Assembly: GCF_021028975.2 (NCBI RefSeq) | Contig: NC_059428.1 | Span: forward strand, 27,528,001-27,592,000 | DNA length: 64,000 nucleotides | From: Sphaerodactylus townsendi | Taxonomy: Eukaryota | Reading direction: 5' to 3' | Shown: in pieces, positions 50,211 through 62,598 of the stretch | How the letters are laid out: each line of letters starts with the position of its first letter | Position numbering within the stretch: the first letter of the stretch is position 1 | Position numbers and translations under genes: made by a program | Notes under the pieces: model-generated | Told to the model about the DNA's origin: nothing | The model's database searches: none | What the model saw: only the letters and a program-made list of their open reading frames with translations

Positions 50211-53200
50211 TCAGATGATACAGGGCTCCTGTTAACGCTTGGTTCTGGAAAGAAGACTGGATCATTTTGGCTAGTGTGAAAATGAGTCACAGTTTAGGAA
50301 ACATTGTAATGTCCAGTGGAGGACCATTTTATCTTTGTGCATTCTTGGGAAGCATGAGTCACAACATATCCCTGAACATTTACTTTCCCTGCAAGTAGAA
50401 ATCATGGAAAAATTAAAGCAAGAAGGTAAAGGTCACAGGTAACTAAGGGATGCAAATGTTCTCCAATGAGTTGATTAAAATCTAAGAACGGGGCTCCATC
50501 TATGGCCTTTGCAAAAGAAGATGCATTAGAAAATATTACCATGGCCCTCCATGGTGGAAGAGGTCAATGTGCAGACATGAATCTGGAAAAAAGAAATTGA
50601 TAGGTCCTAAGAGCATAAAGGCAGGGCTTGCACAAAACCTGTAGAATTGTGTATCAATCTCAAACTGCTACTGTGCTTCCCTCCAACATTCCTTCCCTTC
50701 TCTGAAAGGTGATTGGATGCTCTCATGTCCAAAGCAGCTGGTTGGCGGTTTTACCTTTCAGGGGCAGGACATGGGGGAACTCATTTCAGCTTAATGTTGC
50801 ATATGAGAAGAACAGGATTGACTGATCTCTTTGCTAATCACTGAGTCCAAAAGAGGGAGAGGACAATTGCACTGAACCATTCAAGGGGCAATGCCAAGAG
50901 AACTGACTATGGCACTACAGAATGCAAATGAAGGCAAAAGAAAGTGGCTTATTTGTAACAATTTTATCATTTTTATTTTATTTGGATCAATATTTTATCA
51001 ATTGTTTTGTAAGACTGAGTGTATAACATTTATCGGTTTTGGATGCTGATTTGACATTCAGAGCCATTGGTTTGTACACTTAGGATGAAGGTGTCTTCAG
51101 CACATGCTTTACTCCCTGGTAGTGGACAGCAGCCACACATTGATCAAAGTACATTACAGTCTGTTTCATGGTGTACCGTAATGAGGGAAGTAACATGTGT
51201 GGAAGCAGCCAAAATATGCCATTTTATATCTACAAAAATCACCCAAACTTTTACTCTGCATCAGAAGACAAAAAAAGTGGCATTGCTTTGAAAACTAGGT
51301 GTTCAAAGTACTAAGGTAAACAGAAACGAGCGACATGGTGTCAACAGAGTTTTGGCCTCTGCTCGGGAGGTCTATATTTAACCGATTAAAACCATCAGGG
51401 TTTTATTAGCTGGTCTTAATTCGGTTTCTCATCTCCCTACATAAGTAACAGTTCAACAGAAGATAATTAGCTGAGTTAGGCAAATCTCAAGTACTCCATG
51501 AAAAGCCAGCACTAAAATCTCTCTCACACAATGACACACTAGCGATAAACTGGCAAATTACAGCTGTTCACCGTATTCATAGCCAAATACCCCCCTCTCC
51601 ACATACCCAGGACGCCATCAAATATTCATAGTCTTAAAATAGGAGGTCCATTTTTTTTGCTAACAAGAGTGGGTAGATACAGCTTGATATTCCCATTTGC
51701 TAAGCATGTGCCAGGCATAGTCCATAGAAAGGAATTGTGCCAGGCTAGTCCGTAGAAATGAACTGTGCCAACATGATTGTCTGGAAACACATTCTGAAAA
51801 GAGTTCCACAAGTCTCTTGCATCGGTGGATGGAAGCAGAAAAAGCAAACAAAAGGAAAGGGGTATTTCCAAACACCTTAGGGCTTTTCCGCATGCTTGAC
51901 TTACTCCCGATTTTCTTGGCAGTTGATCCACAAGCACTGGAATCGCTTTGGGCATTGCTCTACCCCACATCTGCCCTTCCTCTGCATTTTCACAGTTGTA
52001 TAGTCAGTTTATTTTCTTTCACATGTGCCTTAAATAATCAAGATTATCAAAGGAGTGAGCTGTCATCATTGGTAGCATCACAGCGTATCTTTGTATTTTT
52101 TATTTATTGCACATGCTTATATTGATATATAACAATATAATGCTGCAATGACGGGGCAAGTCATAACTCTCTTTTAAAAAAGAAGAAGTCAGTCTCAAGA
52201 ATAAAATTGCCCAGAATGTAAATCCAAAGATCACAGGCATTACAATTTAAGCAGGAAAAGCTTCCTGGACTAAAACAATCCTACACACAGTTTATGGATC
52301 CTAACCAAAGAAGATATTTAGCATGTCATTGCGGAGACTGGGTGTTACTTCCCATAAGGCCAAAGACTTGACTCAGGCAAAATGGATGTTCCAGAAGAAA
52401 AGGACCTCCATAAGCAACTGCTGGACAAATCAAAGTTGACAGACTGGTCTATAAACAAGAGAAACTTATAGGAAGTTTCATTATATTTGCATTGAGCATG
52501 TGATGAATACACTACAAAGACGGCTGGGAATTAACCTGGGCCGCAGTTGCTGCTCGGGGTGGGGAAGGCGAAACCAGCAGATGCCGCCCAAGCGAGAGAG
52601 GACTGGGAAGGGGAGCCATGCCTGGATAGGGCTAGCGTCACCGAAGAAAAGGAGGGGCGAAGCAAGGCTTTAACAGAGCTCACCCTCCTTTGTCTCGGCC
52701 ATGTGGTCGCCTGCTGAAGATTTGCCCACCCACACTCCCTAATTTTTCTTATGTGTTAATGCATGCTTCTTTTGTCATAGCCTGGTTCATTGGCGGTTTT
52801 GTGCATGGGTATTGATCTGGAAGGGCAAGGGGAAGGGAGCTAGGCCTTCCCCTTGGGAACGGCGACAACGGCAAGAGGTGTCCACCCTGCCAAACAGGAC
52901 CAAAGGGGGAACACCTCTTGCCAAGTGCGGCCGCCCGGCAGAGCCCCGCAGAAGAGCGAAGCTCGGGTACGGGGCACCCGCCCTGCGGAGCTTCAGCATG
53001 TTACCCACATGACTAGATCCAGACCCATGCTTAGCTTCACGCTTCTGCTCAATAAAATGGCTATGGCCAATTTATTACCCCAGCAAATGGAGTGATGTGT
53101 ATTATTGGGAAAGGGTTTCGTGCAAAATAGGTCCACCCTCGGACAGCAAAGCAGGTGGAGCTTCCACAGAAGTTAACACTTGCAAAGAAAGTACAGGCAA

Positions 53201-53563
53201 AGCCACATGCAATCGACAGCCCACTTCTGAAAATAATTGGTTTGCCTCTGCAAATTCCTATGTGAGGAATAACTGAATCACGCACAGTTTTTTGCATCCA
53301 TCAATCATCAAACATTATTATGCAAAGTTTTAAAACGTGAAGAACCTAGTTTACGAAGGTATAGTCATTACTCTGCTCCACACATTTATCTACTTTTCAG
53401 AGATCCAAAAACTCCTGAAAAGGCCACTGTGGGGGTGGATTGCACCTCTTCCTGCAGATACTATTTGAGCCGTGTGTGGTTAGCTGCTTGTCAAAAACAC
53501 ATTACAATCTGGTATGAGAAACCTGCAAGAAAGTACAGCCAGAAAAAACACATTCCACCTCAC

Positions 53564-53649
53564 CTGGCATTCGTTTTGGTCTTGTTCAGCGCTTTGCTGA
53601 TCACAAGGGATGGGGCAGACTGACGTCTTTGGGCCAAGCTCTTCATTTT
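53564..53649 (-). CDS. ARHGAP20: ARHGAP20-family coding exon (first found in window; equivalent to exon 2), KMKSLAQRRQSAPSLVISKALNKTKTNA(R)
   Basis: Minus strand tttctcatcag|AAAATGAAG...AATGCCAG|gtgagg; 86 bp, phase 0 to 2. Peptide resembles the ARHGAP20 N-terminal KMKTLAERRRSAPSL motif (recalled, not searched). Confidence 0.92.
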
Positions 53650-54094
53650 CTGATGAGAAACAGAAACAAAATGAAATTAGAAAAAAAAGCTTCATTATAA
53701 TAGCTGAATGGAAGAAATGCATGGAAAAACACAATTGCTTTTATTAGAAAGGATTTTAACAGCACTCTTCTTTTTTTCAGTGTTTTTCTAGCCTCCAGGA
53801 ATGAAGTCTGCAAAATGTGACATACTAAGAAAAGGAGAGATCCCTGGGTGAGAGAAAGCAGGTCCTTGCATGACATATGCCAGTAAACTATTAGCACATG
53901 TACCTTGGGCATCCATTTTTGTGAACTAGTCTGTTTTTGTAACAAGCTATCCTGTTCTTCCTCTATAAATGACCACTCATGTTAAGAATGTAGGTAAGAC
54001 CAGCTTTAAGAGAAAAATTGGGTTGAATGCTTCCAGCTTGTTTGTGGACACAAGGGAGGAAGGGTCTGTCTTTCGACCCCGGGGGGGGGGGGGG

Positions 54095-54419
54095 GGAGGA
54101 GGAGGAGGAGGAAGAGGAAGAGGAAGAGGAAGAAGAGGAGGAGGAGTTTGGATTTATATCCCCCCCTTTCTCTCCTGTAAGGAGACTCAAAGGGGCTGAC
54201 AATCTCCTTTCCCTTCCCCCCTCACAACAAACACCCTGTGGGGTAGGTGGGGCTGAAAGAGCTCCAAAAAACTGTGCTAGCCCAAGGTCACCCAGAATGC
54301 ACAAGCTAATCTAGTTCACGAGATAAGCCTCCACAGCTCAAGCGACAGAGCAGCGAATCAAACCCGGTTCTCCAGATTAGAATGCACCTGCTCTTATCCA
54401 CTACAACACACTGGCTCTC
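54095..54419 (-). mobile_element. Squam3-like SINE with expanded (CCT/CTT)n tail, next to a G16 run
   Basis: Family consensus; the tail gives the poly-E and poly-S pseudo-ORFs. Confidence 0.9.
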
Positions 54420-55034
54420 AGGCACTGCAAATATCATTGTAACTGGCAAGTAACTTCAAGAACATACCCATATCACACAATTCAGCATCTATTTCCATAT
54501 GAATCCCAGGAGATCAGGGCTATCCTAAGATACACTGGTATACAGGAAGAAAATCAAAACAGTGCTCCCCCTCCAATCTGCCCTGACCGAAGTTTGGCAC
54601 TTGACAATGGGAAATAGCATGCAAGTGCCCAAAATCTACCCAGTGCCACAGCCAATAAGGTAATCATGAGGGTAGATTTCCAGTTATAGATAAGAAATTT
54701 GAGAAGGTTGGTTGTTGGGTTTGTGTTTGTTAGATACAAAAGTTAATTTCCTTTCTAGACAATACCTTGAACTCACTGCCAGAACTGTAACAGCAAACAT
54801 CAGTACAGGTCCTTCATAAAAGATGGAGCTCTCCATCTATTTTTTGGAAAAGCGTCCTTTGTCACACAATTGTTTCCCCAAGAAAGAAGTGGAGACACAC
54901 TTAAATTCCTAACAATGAATCAAAGCTGAGGTTCAGTGACAGGGTAGAAAATCACCACCTACCTTTTCCCTGGATTTTACTGCATACAGACGAGGGTATC
55001 TAGCACCTGTCTTATATCGACACATATGCTAAGG

Positions 55035-55180
55035 CAGTGGTGGCGAACCTTTGGTACTCCAGATGTTATGGACTACAATTCCCATCAGCCCCTGCCAACA
55101 TGGCCAATTGACCATGCTGGCAGGGGCTGATGTGAATTGTAGTCCACAACACCTGGAGTGCCAAAGGTTCACCACCATGG
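55035..55180. mobile_element. Palindromic hAT MITE (second copy of the 31082 family)
   Basis: 146-bp hairpin; TSD tgctaagg/cgctaagg. Confidence 0.9.
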
Positions 55181-57248
55181 CGCTAAGGGGATTGTGCTTT
55201 CAACAGATCCCTTTCGACAAAACACAGTTAATGATTTCAAACCTACATGTTTCACTTTGCACTGCAGTTGAAGAACCAACAAAATAGCAGCGTGAACCCA
55301 CATTGCTGGATTAGTCAAAAATGAACTCAGACTAAGTCTCATGCACCTGATTGACACAATCCAGTCCCAAGAATGACAAATGGCTTTGACCTGAAGGTAT
55401 GAAAAGAAGCATAAAAAGACCTCGCACAATCCAGCGCACAAAGCAGTAAGCAATCATTACAGGCTCCTATTTTGTCTCTAATACTTATTAAGATCACTGT
55501 GCAACAAGCTGATTTTATTTTAATTCAAATCATAAGGGAACGTCTTTCTCATCAGCAGGTTGACGATATTTATAGTATCGACCTGTATTCCTTTCCATTA
55601 AAGGGAGGTTCTGACTGCTGCTTGAGCCAATAGTTCAGGCGTTAATACAATCAGCGTGCGCTCAGCACTTGGCAAAGGCATTCTAACACAAAGAATGCAA
55701 TGTCCTGCTAAGGACTTGCCTGCTATGGAGACAAAGCAGGCAAGAGCAGTTAGCTGCTATCCTTAGTAACCATTTACATTGGCAGCAAAATGCTTGTGCC
55801 TGAGACAGTTTTTCCAAACATCAAATGGAAATTAAAAAACAAAACAACGTATTGGGGAAGAAGGTCTGGAATGCTAAATTAAAATAAATCTCGTGTTCCG
55901 GCCCCATACACCTGAATCCAACAGCAGAAGTACACTTTTACTGTTTATTCAGAAGGAAAATTGGTAGGGATGATTACAACAACAACAGCAACAACAACAA
56001 ACCTTTATTAGGCATGAAGAGGAAAAAGGAAGGAAACTAGGAAAAACAAAAACATTGGCAAACCAAAATAAATTATTCCAATAAGCCAATAAGAAATTCA
56101 GCTGCAGAGGGGAAGAATTATTTAATAAAAACATAACTTTCCCAGTGAGTGAATATTAATTGAACTTTACAGGAAGCAAAGAAAAAGGGATGGACCTAGA
56201 CCCCTTGTAGTTAGGACAAGAAGGAAAACCGACAGGGATGCAGCTTACTCTGAAGCAAGTGCCCAAAGCAGCTCAGATTTAGGACAGATCTGTTTAGGGT
56301 GAAACTACAGATACATTGTAATTAGCATGCATTTCCAGTCATATCAATGGCAACCATTCATGGAATAAAAGAAGCACAACATGGATACCAGAGCTGCTTT
56401 GACATAAATATTGAGCTCTGCCTCTTCTCTCAAACTGCAGTTGTGGGGGGGGGGGGGGGGAGAATTCTGCAGAACACGGCCCCACTTTCTATATTTCCTC
56501 GTGTGCCACCGCATTCCCCCCCAAAACTTGCTTTGATACAATGTTTCTGGAAAAATCATATTCAGAGTGGGTTCAGCCATCATATCAATGGGAAGGTGTG
56601 GTTTTTTAGTACCACTTCCCCTGACTCCAACCACCACCACCCTTTGACTGGTTCTAGCGTTAATACACTCTAGCAGTGTGTCTTTTACCTTTTCTTTTAT
56701 TAAAGCTTGTGAAACAACTCACTCATCGGCAATGGAGGAATGGTGGAAGGAAAGGAAAACTGCAAAATGTCCCTCACGTGTGCACTCTGTTGTTGCTGTG
56801 AATGCGCTAGCGTTGAGGAAGCAATGAGTGCACAATGGGGTATCGCCCTCATATGGACACAACCCTAGAGGCAATCTTCAGAACAGCAGGTGTATATACA
56901 TGCTTCTTTATCAAATTGTATTACTTGTGAGATCTTTTTCCCCAGACAGAGTCTGGAGCATTTGCTTGTTTTCCAGTGACTGGCACAAGAACGGATGACC
57001 ACAGGTTAGAGCTCATGGAATAATGGGATGAGAGAAGGGCCACAGAAGGGCAAGGGAAAGAATCAGGGATGTATGAACTAACCCAAACCTTTCTGAGACA
57101 CGCCAAGTCTTTACTACTTGCACTGGCTTCAGCAGACCAGGATGAGAATTGCTGATATATTTTGTGAATTGAGCTGGAATATTAATGCAGCTGACACCGG
57201 TCTTACCAGTATAACTTTAAGAGCTGTGTTCAAAAGTTTCCTTTATGC

Positions 57249-57721
57249 AGAGCCAGTGTGGTGTAGGGGTTAAGAGCAGGTGGACTCTGAACTGGAGAAT
57301 CGGGTTTGATTCCCCACTCCTTCACATGAGCAGCAGACTCTTATCTGGTGACAGATTTGTTTCCCCACTGATACACTCCTGCTGGGTAGCCTTGGGCCAG
57401 TCACAGTTCATTCAGAACTCTCTCAGCCCCACCTACCTCACAAGGTGTCTGTTGAGGGGGCGGAAGGGAAAGGAGTTTGTAAGCCGCTTTGAGTCTCCTT
57501 ACACGTGGGATATAAATCCAAACTCTTCTTCTACTACTAGAGAGCCAGCATGGTGTGGTGATTAAGTGCAGGTGCACTCTAATTTGGAAAGCTGGGTTTG
57601 AGTCTCCGCTCTGCCACTTGAGCTGTGGGGGCTTATCTGGTGAACCAGATTAGCTTGTGCACTCTAACACATGACAGCTGGGTGACCTTGAGCTAGTCAC
57701 AGTTCTTCGGAGCTCTCTCAG
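57249..57721 (+). mobile_element. Two tandem Squam3-like SINEs (57249-57538 full; 57540-57721 3'-truncated)
   Basis: Two agagccag..tggtgt heads; the first has a CTT/CTA tail. Confidence 0.85.
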
Positions 57722-58499
57722 TTATCTTCCGAGGTTGTGTTTTAGGTATCTTGCCTTCTGGGTCTTCTCAGCTGTGGCATCAAAACTCTCCTGTCCCCTT
57801 CTGTGGCTGTCCTCCTGCACTTGAGTGAAGACTTTTGTTTTGTCTGATGTTCCCTCGGCGATCTCTCTTTCTTGCCTTTTTTTTGCTGTAATGTTTTTGT
57901 ATATATATTGTAGCTTTGTTTTAACTGTTCAAATTATGAGTTTCTGTTTGATTTTAAAGGTGAATAAAATGTATTTTATTATGTGTGCACATTTTCAATT
58001 TGTAAGCCACTTTAGCGGTACTAATGTGGGAATAAAGGTGCAGTATAAGTTTTGTAAATTAAATCTATAAACAGTAGCCTCACTTTTTCCTTTTGTTCCT
58101 TTGTTTTTAGCCTAATTAGTTTTTTTCCCCTCTTCTTTCCTTCTGATTGTTCTCTTCTGGCTATTCATTAATTTGATTATTTGTTCTGGTTCCTTTATTG
58201 GTCAAGAGAGGATTTACTAATGTAAGGCATTTAGAAGTAAGGCAAAATTCTCCTAATTTTTATTTATAATACCCAAATAACGACCATGACAATATTTAAA
58301 AAGAAACAATTTTCTGACAATTTTACATCTCTACCTGGGAAAGTAGGAAGCAACTGAAAATCACAGTAGGCAGCACTGAGCTGGACAAAATGGCAGTCTA
58401 GGTATAAACTGCACCTTCTGTCCTAGGAAAGCCAGACAAAGTGTATGACAGGCTCAGGAAAACAAGACTCAACCTCTAAATCCACATGACCATCTGCCA

Positions 58500-58590
58500 G
58501 CCTCAATTCCTCATCTGTAAAATGGGAATATTGGTGTCTTATATCACAAGGCGGTTGTAAGAGAAGACCTGCAAAGTATTCTGCACATTT
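58500..58590 (+). mobile_element. MIR/Ther1 CORE-SINE remnant
   Basis: gcctcaattcctcatctgtaaaatggg core motif. Confidence 0.65.
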
Positions 58591-59867
58591 GACGTGTCCA
58601 CAGGTTACCAGCAGCAAAACGAAGAGTTCATTATACAATGCTATGACTTTAATTTAAATTTGGCTGAAGGGTATCACTCGCTTGTGATCAAGAATGGGCG
58701 GAAAGAACCCCTTTATTAAGAACACTAGCATGCAGAAGACGTTTTGAGGAGGAGAGGACATTTTCCCAGTAAGTTTTTATTGCCAAATCTACTTGACAAC
58801 ATCACCAAATGACTTTTGATGGAGTTTTCATTTTGGCCTCTGTGACCAGGAGAGTGCACACGGTACAAACGTATACAAAAAAAGCAAACAGATTAGCACT
58901 TGGCAAAGCATGCCCATGTTCCAAGACTTCAGGGCTTTCCCAGCGGGATTTTAAAACTGACACAACTCAGACGGTCCTAAACTCATTCCAAACTGCTACC
59001 GGGGATATGTCTCTGTGCAAGTGAGCCAACATACACGTGCCAAGTTCCGATGCCAAAGAATCCCTACTGAGAGAAACTCATAATGAGCAGGAACATTTGA
59101 AAGGAGTTATTTGCTCTCAAATAGTTTCATAGCAAGAATTCCTTCTTGTGGTCCCTGAGATCATAAATGAATGTTTCCACTGATTTGTTGTCCAGAGTGA
59201 AATCGATTGTGAATTTAGATTGGTTAGTGGAAATATCAGAAATGCAGTTATGGAATTATAGATACAGAAGAGATCTCAAGTCCTTAAAAATCCACGCCTT
59301 GCACCACACCAAGATACACTAGCTTTAATTTAATTTTCACAAAATAAGGAAGATTTATATACGAGAAGGTAAAAATTAGGAAATTAGTTTATTGATGTGA
59401 ATGTACAAAATAATAGAGTGGGAAGTATTATGTAAATATCATTGTAGGACTGCTTGTTTCCTAAACTTTTTTTACAAGCATATGAAATATAATTAGCAAA
59501 ATGAAAAAGTAAATATCTAGTTAGGAACAAATGGAAGAAATAAGATGGAAATAAGCAGTATTTGAGAGTAATATATGTGAGTTGTTATGTCTTGTGTTTT
59601 TATTTGCATGGTAATATCTTTCATGTTTTTTGTTGCAGTTGTTAGATTTTAACAAAATGTTCTAATAAACACTATTAAAAAAGATACACTAACATTCATT
59701 GATATAGTTAATTAAATACTCAGATTCAAGTGGCACCATCGTCTGTCCTGTCAAGTGCTTTCTTATTCTCCACAGAGATGTCCAGGGGTAAGAAATGTGT
59801 TCTACCATACAACCTGATTACCTCACACCTTGGAAAGATGTAATACAAGCAAATCTCCAAGAAAGCT

Positions 59868-60075
59868 CACTGTAGTGTAGTGGTCAGTGGGTGAACTTGG
59901 ATCTGGGAGAACCAGGTTTGAATCCCCACTCTGCCATGGAAGTTTGTTGGGCACCCTTGGGCCACTAATACTCACATGCCCTCAGTTTAAACTACCTCAT
60001 AGGGTTGCTATGACGACAAGATGGAGGAGAGGAGAGGAGAAGGAGACAAGCTGCTTTGGATCGCCACTTGGGAAA
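59868..60075 (+). mobile_element. Older Squam3/MIR-like SINE
   Basis: gtgtagtggtcag A box, ggtttgaatccc B box. Confidence 0.65.
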
Positions 60076-60245
60076 ACGGACCTGATCCACCAGGCTTTTG
60101 GCCAGCCGGGGTAAACATCAGATCTTTGTACCATCTAGGTCTCCCGTGGGTGGGATGGGGTTGGGGGGGAAGTCACCATCAGCTGTTGTTATTAATCTGT
60201 TGAGTTACAACTTTTAATTCATTGTTTTATACTGATTTTATTGTG

Positions 60246-60247
<2 letters not shown>

Positions 60248-60293
<46 letters not shown>
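60248..60293. repeat. (TG)n microsatellite
   Basis: Seen directly. Confidence 0.96.
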
Positions 60294-60295
<2 letters not shown>

Positions 60296-60311
60296 CATGA
60301 GACTTGCTTTT

Positions 60312-60914
60312 GAGTTCTGGTCGCCATATCTCAAAAAGGATATCGAAGAGATAGAAAAAGTGCAGAGAAGGGCAACGAGGATGATTGAGGGATTGGAGCA
60401 CCTTCCTTATGCGGAGAGGCTGCAGCGTTTGGGACTCTTTAGTTTGGAGAGGAGACGTCTGAGGGGGGATATGATTATAAAATTATGCATGCGGTAGAAA
60501 ATGTTGACAGAGAGAAATTTTTCTCTCTTTCTCACAATACCAGAACCAGGGGGCATACATTGAAAATGCTGGGGGGAAGAATTAGGACTAATAAAAGGAA
60601 ACATTTTTTCAAGCAACGTGTGATTGGTGTTTGGAATATGCTGCCACAGGAGGTGGTGATGGCCACTAAGCTGGATAGCTTTAAAAAGGGCTTGGACAGA
60701 TTTATGGAGGAGAAGTCAATCTATGGCTACCAATGTTGATCCTCCTTGATCTGAGATTGCAAATGCCTTAGCAGACCAGGTGCTCAGGAGCAGCATCAGG
60801 CCATTTCTTTCACATCCTGCATGTGAGCTCCCAAAGGCACCTGGTGGGCCACTGCGAGTAGCAGAATGCTGGACTAGATGGACTCTGGTCTGATCCAGCT
60901 GGCTTGTTCTTATG
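60312..60914 (+). mobile_element. CR1 LINE 3' end (ORF2 C-terminus plus 3' UTR)
   Basis: FWSPYLKKDIEEIEKVQRRATRMI...LGLFSLERRRLRGDMI...TRGHTLK...WNMLPQEVV. Confidence 0.93.
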
Positions 60915-61867
60915 AGTAGACCTGCTTAGGATTGTTCCCTAAATTACCTATGACTTGGTTAACAGCCACTGCTATTAAATGCACAGGGTCATCAGCGTAT
61001 ATTAATTCAGACAAAGAACTATTCTTAGGAGCACGCAGTGAGTGTATGCACTCACTCTGCCTTTTCTACAAACTTTTTAAAGGGACAAGGTTGGAGGGAT
61101 TGGGGCTCTTTATTTTATCTTTGATTTTAGCTGGGGATATTTTATTATTAGTGTGAGCTGCCTTGAACCAAGAGGAAAGATGGGATATAAATGCGTGAAT
61201 AAATAAATAAATAAATCTGACATCAATGTCAAAAATAATACAATGACCCTGATTGCCCCTCAATTCCAGTCAGTGCCAAAAATGGTGCCTGAAGTGACCC
61301 ACAGCTCTGGAGTACAGGCACCTCTTCCCAGTTCTAACTAGAATGTTCCTCATAAAAGACAACCAGTGAAACATTTTTTGGCTTCTGTTGTACACAAAGC
61401 ATTACCGTGGAAAAGAGATCTCAAAATTTGATTTTTATAGAGGAGCAGAAATACGTTGTGACCAGTAGATTAATGTTCCGCTACAGACAGGCATTAAGGT
61501 CCAAGAGCATCATGTTATGAACTGTGCTGAAAAACACAGCCATTCATGGATGGACTTGGACTGGCTTATGGCTGAAACAATGAAACTGTTTGGAACTTCT
61601 AAGAAAGCAAGCTTAGGAGTATAACATAGAACAAAATGACATAAAGGGGGCTGGAATTTAAATATACCATTCAGGGAATCATGAAAAATGTAGCTTTAGT
61701 TGTTATCTCCTCTGTTGTGAACAGCCAAAAAATTGGAGAAATGTGATTTTTCCCTAGCAGTAAGTGTCGAAAATTAGAGTTGTGATAATGCCCTTGCAGA
61801 TATCTCTTTAATTTATGGTACTGCACAATCCTGAGGTTAATCTTCCAGAAGACCACACTGATAATTA

Positions 61868-62598
61868 TTTTTATTTTATTTATTTTATATTTCGATTTAT
61901 AACCCACCCTTCCCCATAGGGCTCAGGGCGGTGAATAACAACAGTGACAAAACATACAGAACAAATAATCATAAAAACTCAAAAGCATAAAACAGTTTAA
62001 AACAATAACAATGGATGGCGCCATCCCATACCCCTTAACATATCTCTGGGAGGCCACAGACAACAAGTTGATTCAATTCAGACCCAGCTGGTCAGAAGTA
62101 AAAGCCTGGCGGAACAGCTCTGTTTTACAGGCCCTGCAGAAACTATTCAAATCCCGCAAGGCCCTGATCTTGCTGGGGAGCTTGTTCCACCAGATGGGGT
62201 CAAGACCGTAAAGGTCCTGGCCCTCATAGTGGCCAGCCGGATATCTTTGGGGCAAGGGTCCACCAGCAGATTTCCCTCCGATGTGCGGAGGAATCTTAAG
62301 GGCCAATATGGGGAGAGGTGGTCCCGCAGGTATGTAGGTCCAAGACTGCTCACAGACAAAGGTCAAAACCAGAACTTTAAACACGATCCGGTACTCGACT
62401 GGAAGCCAGCGCACATGACACAGGGCCGGAGTAATCCGGTCCCTAAACGATGTTCCAGTATGGAGCTTGGCTGCTGCAAGCTGTACGAGTTTCAATTTCC
62501 GGATCACAGACAAAGTTAGGTCAGCGGAGAGCGAGTTACAATAATTCAGTCTGGAGGTGATCATAGCATGGATTACTGTGGCCAGTTCAGAACGGGAG
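61868..62598 (-). mobile_element. 5'-truncated L2 LINE
   Basis: LATVIHAMITSRLNYCNSL...WLPVEYRIVFKVLVLTF in ORF 62073..62765; AT-rich tail; possible TSD tgataatta. Confidence 0.88.

Noticed and set aside
53963-54314. Poly-E, poly-S and RG-rich ORFs
   Set aside because: Translations of a SINE (CCT/CTT)n tail.
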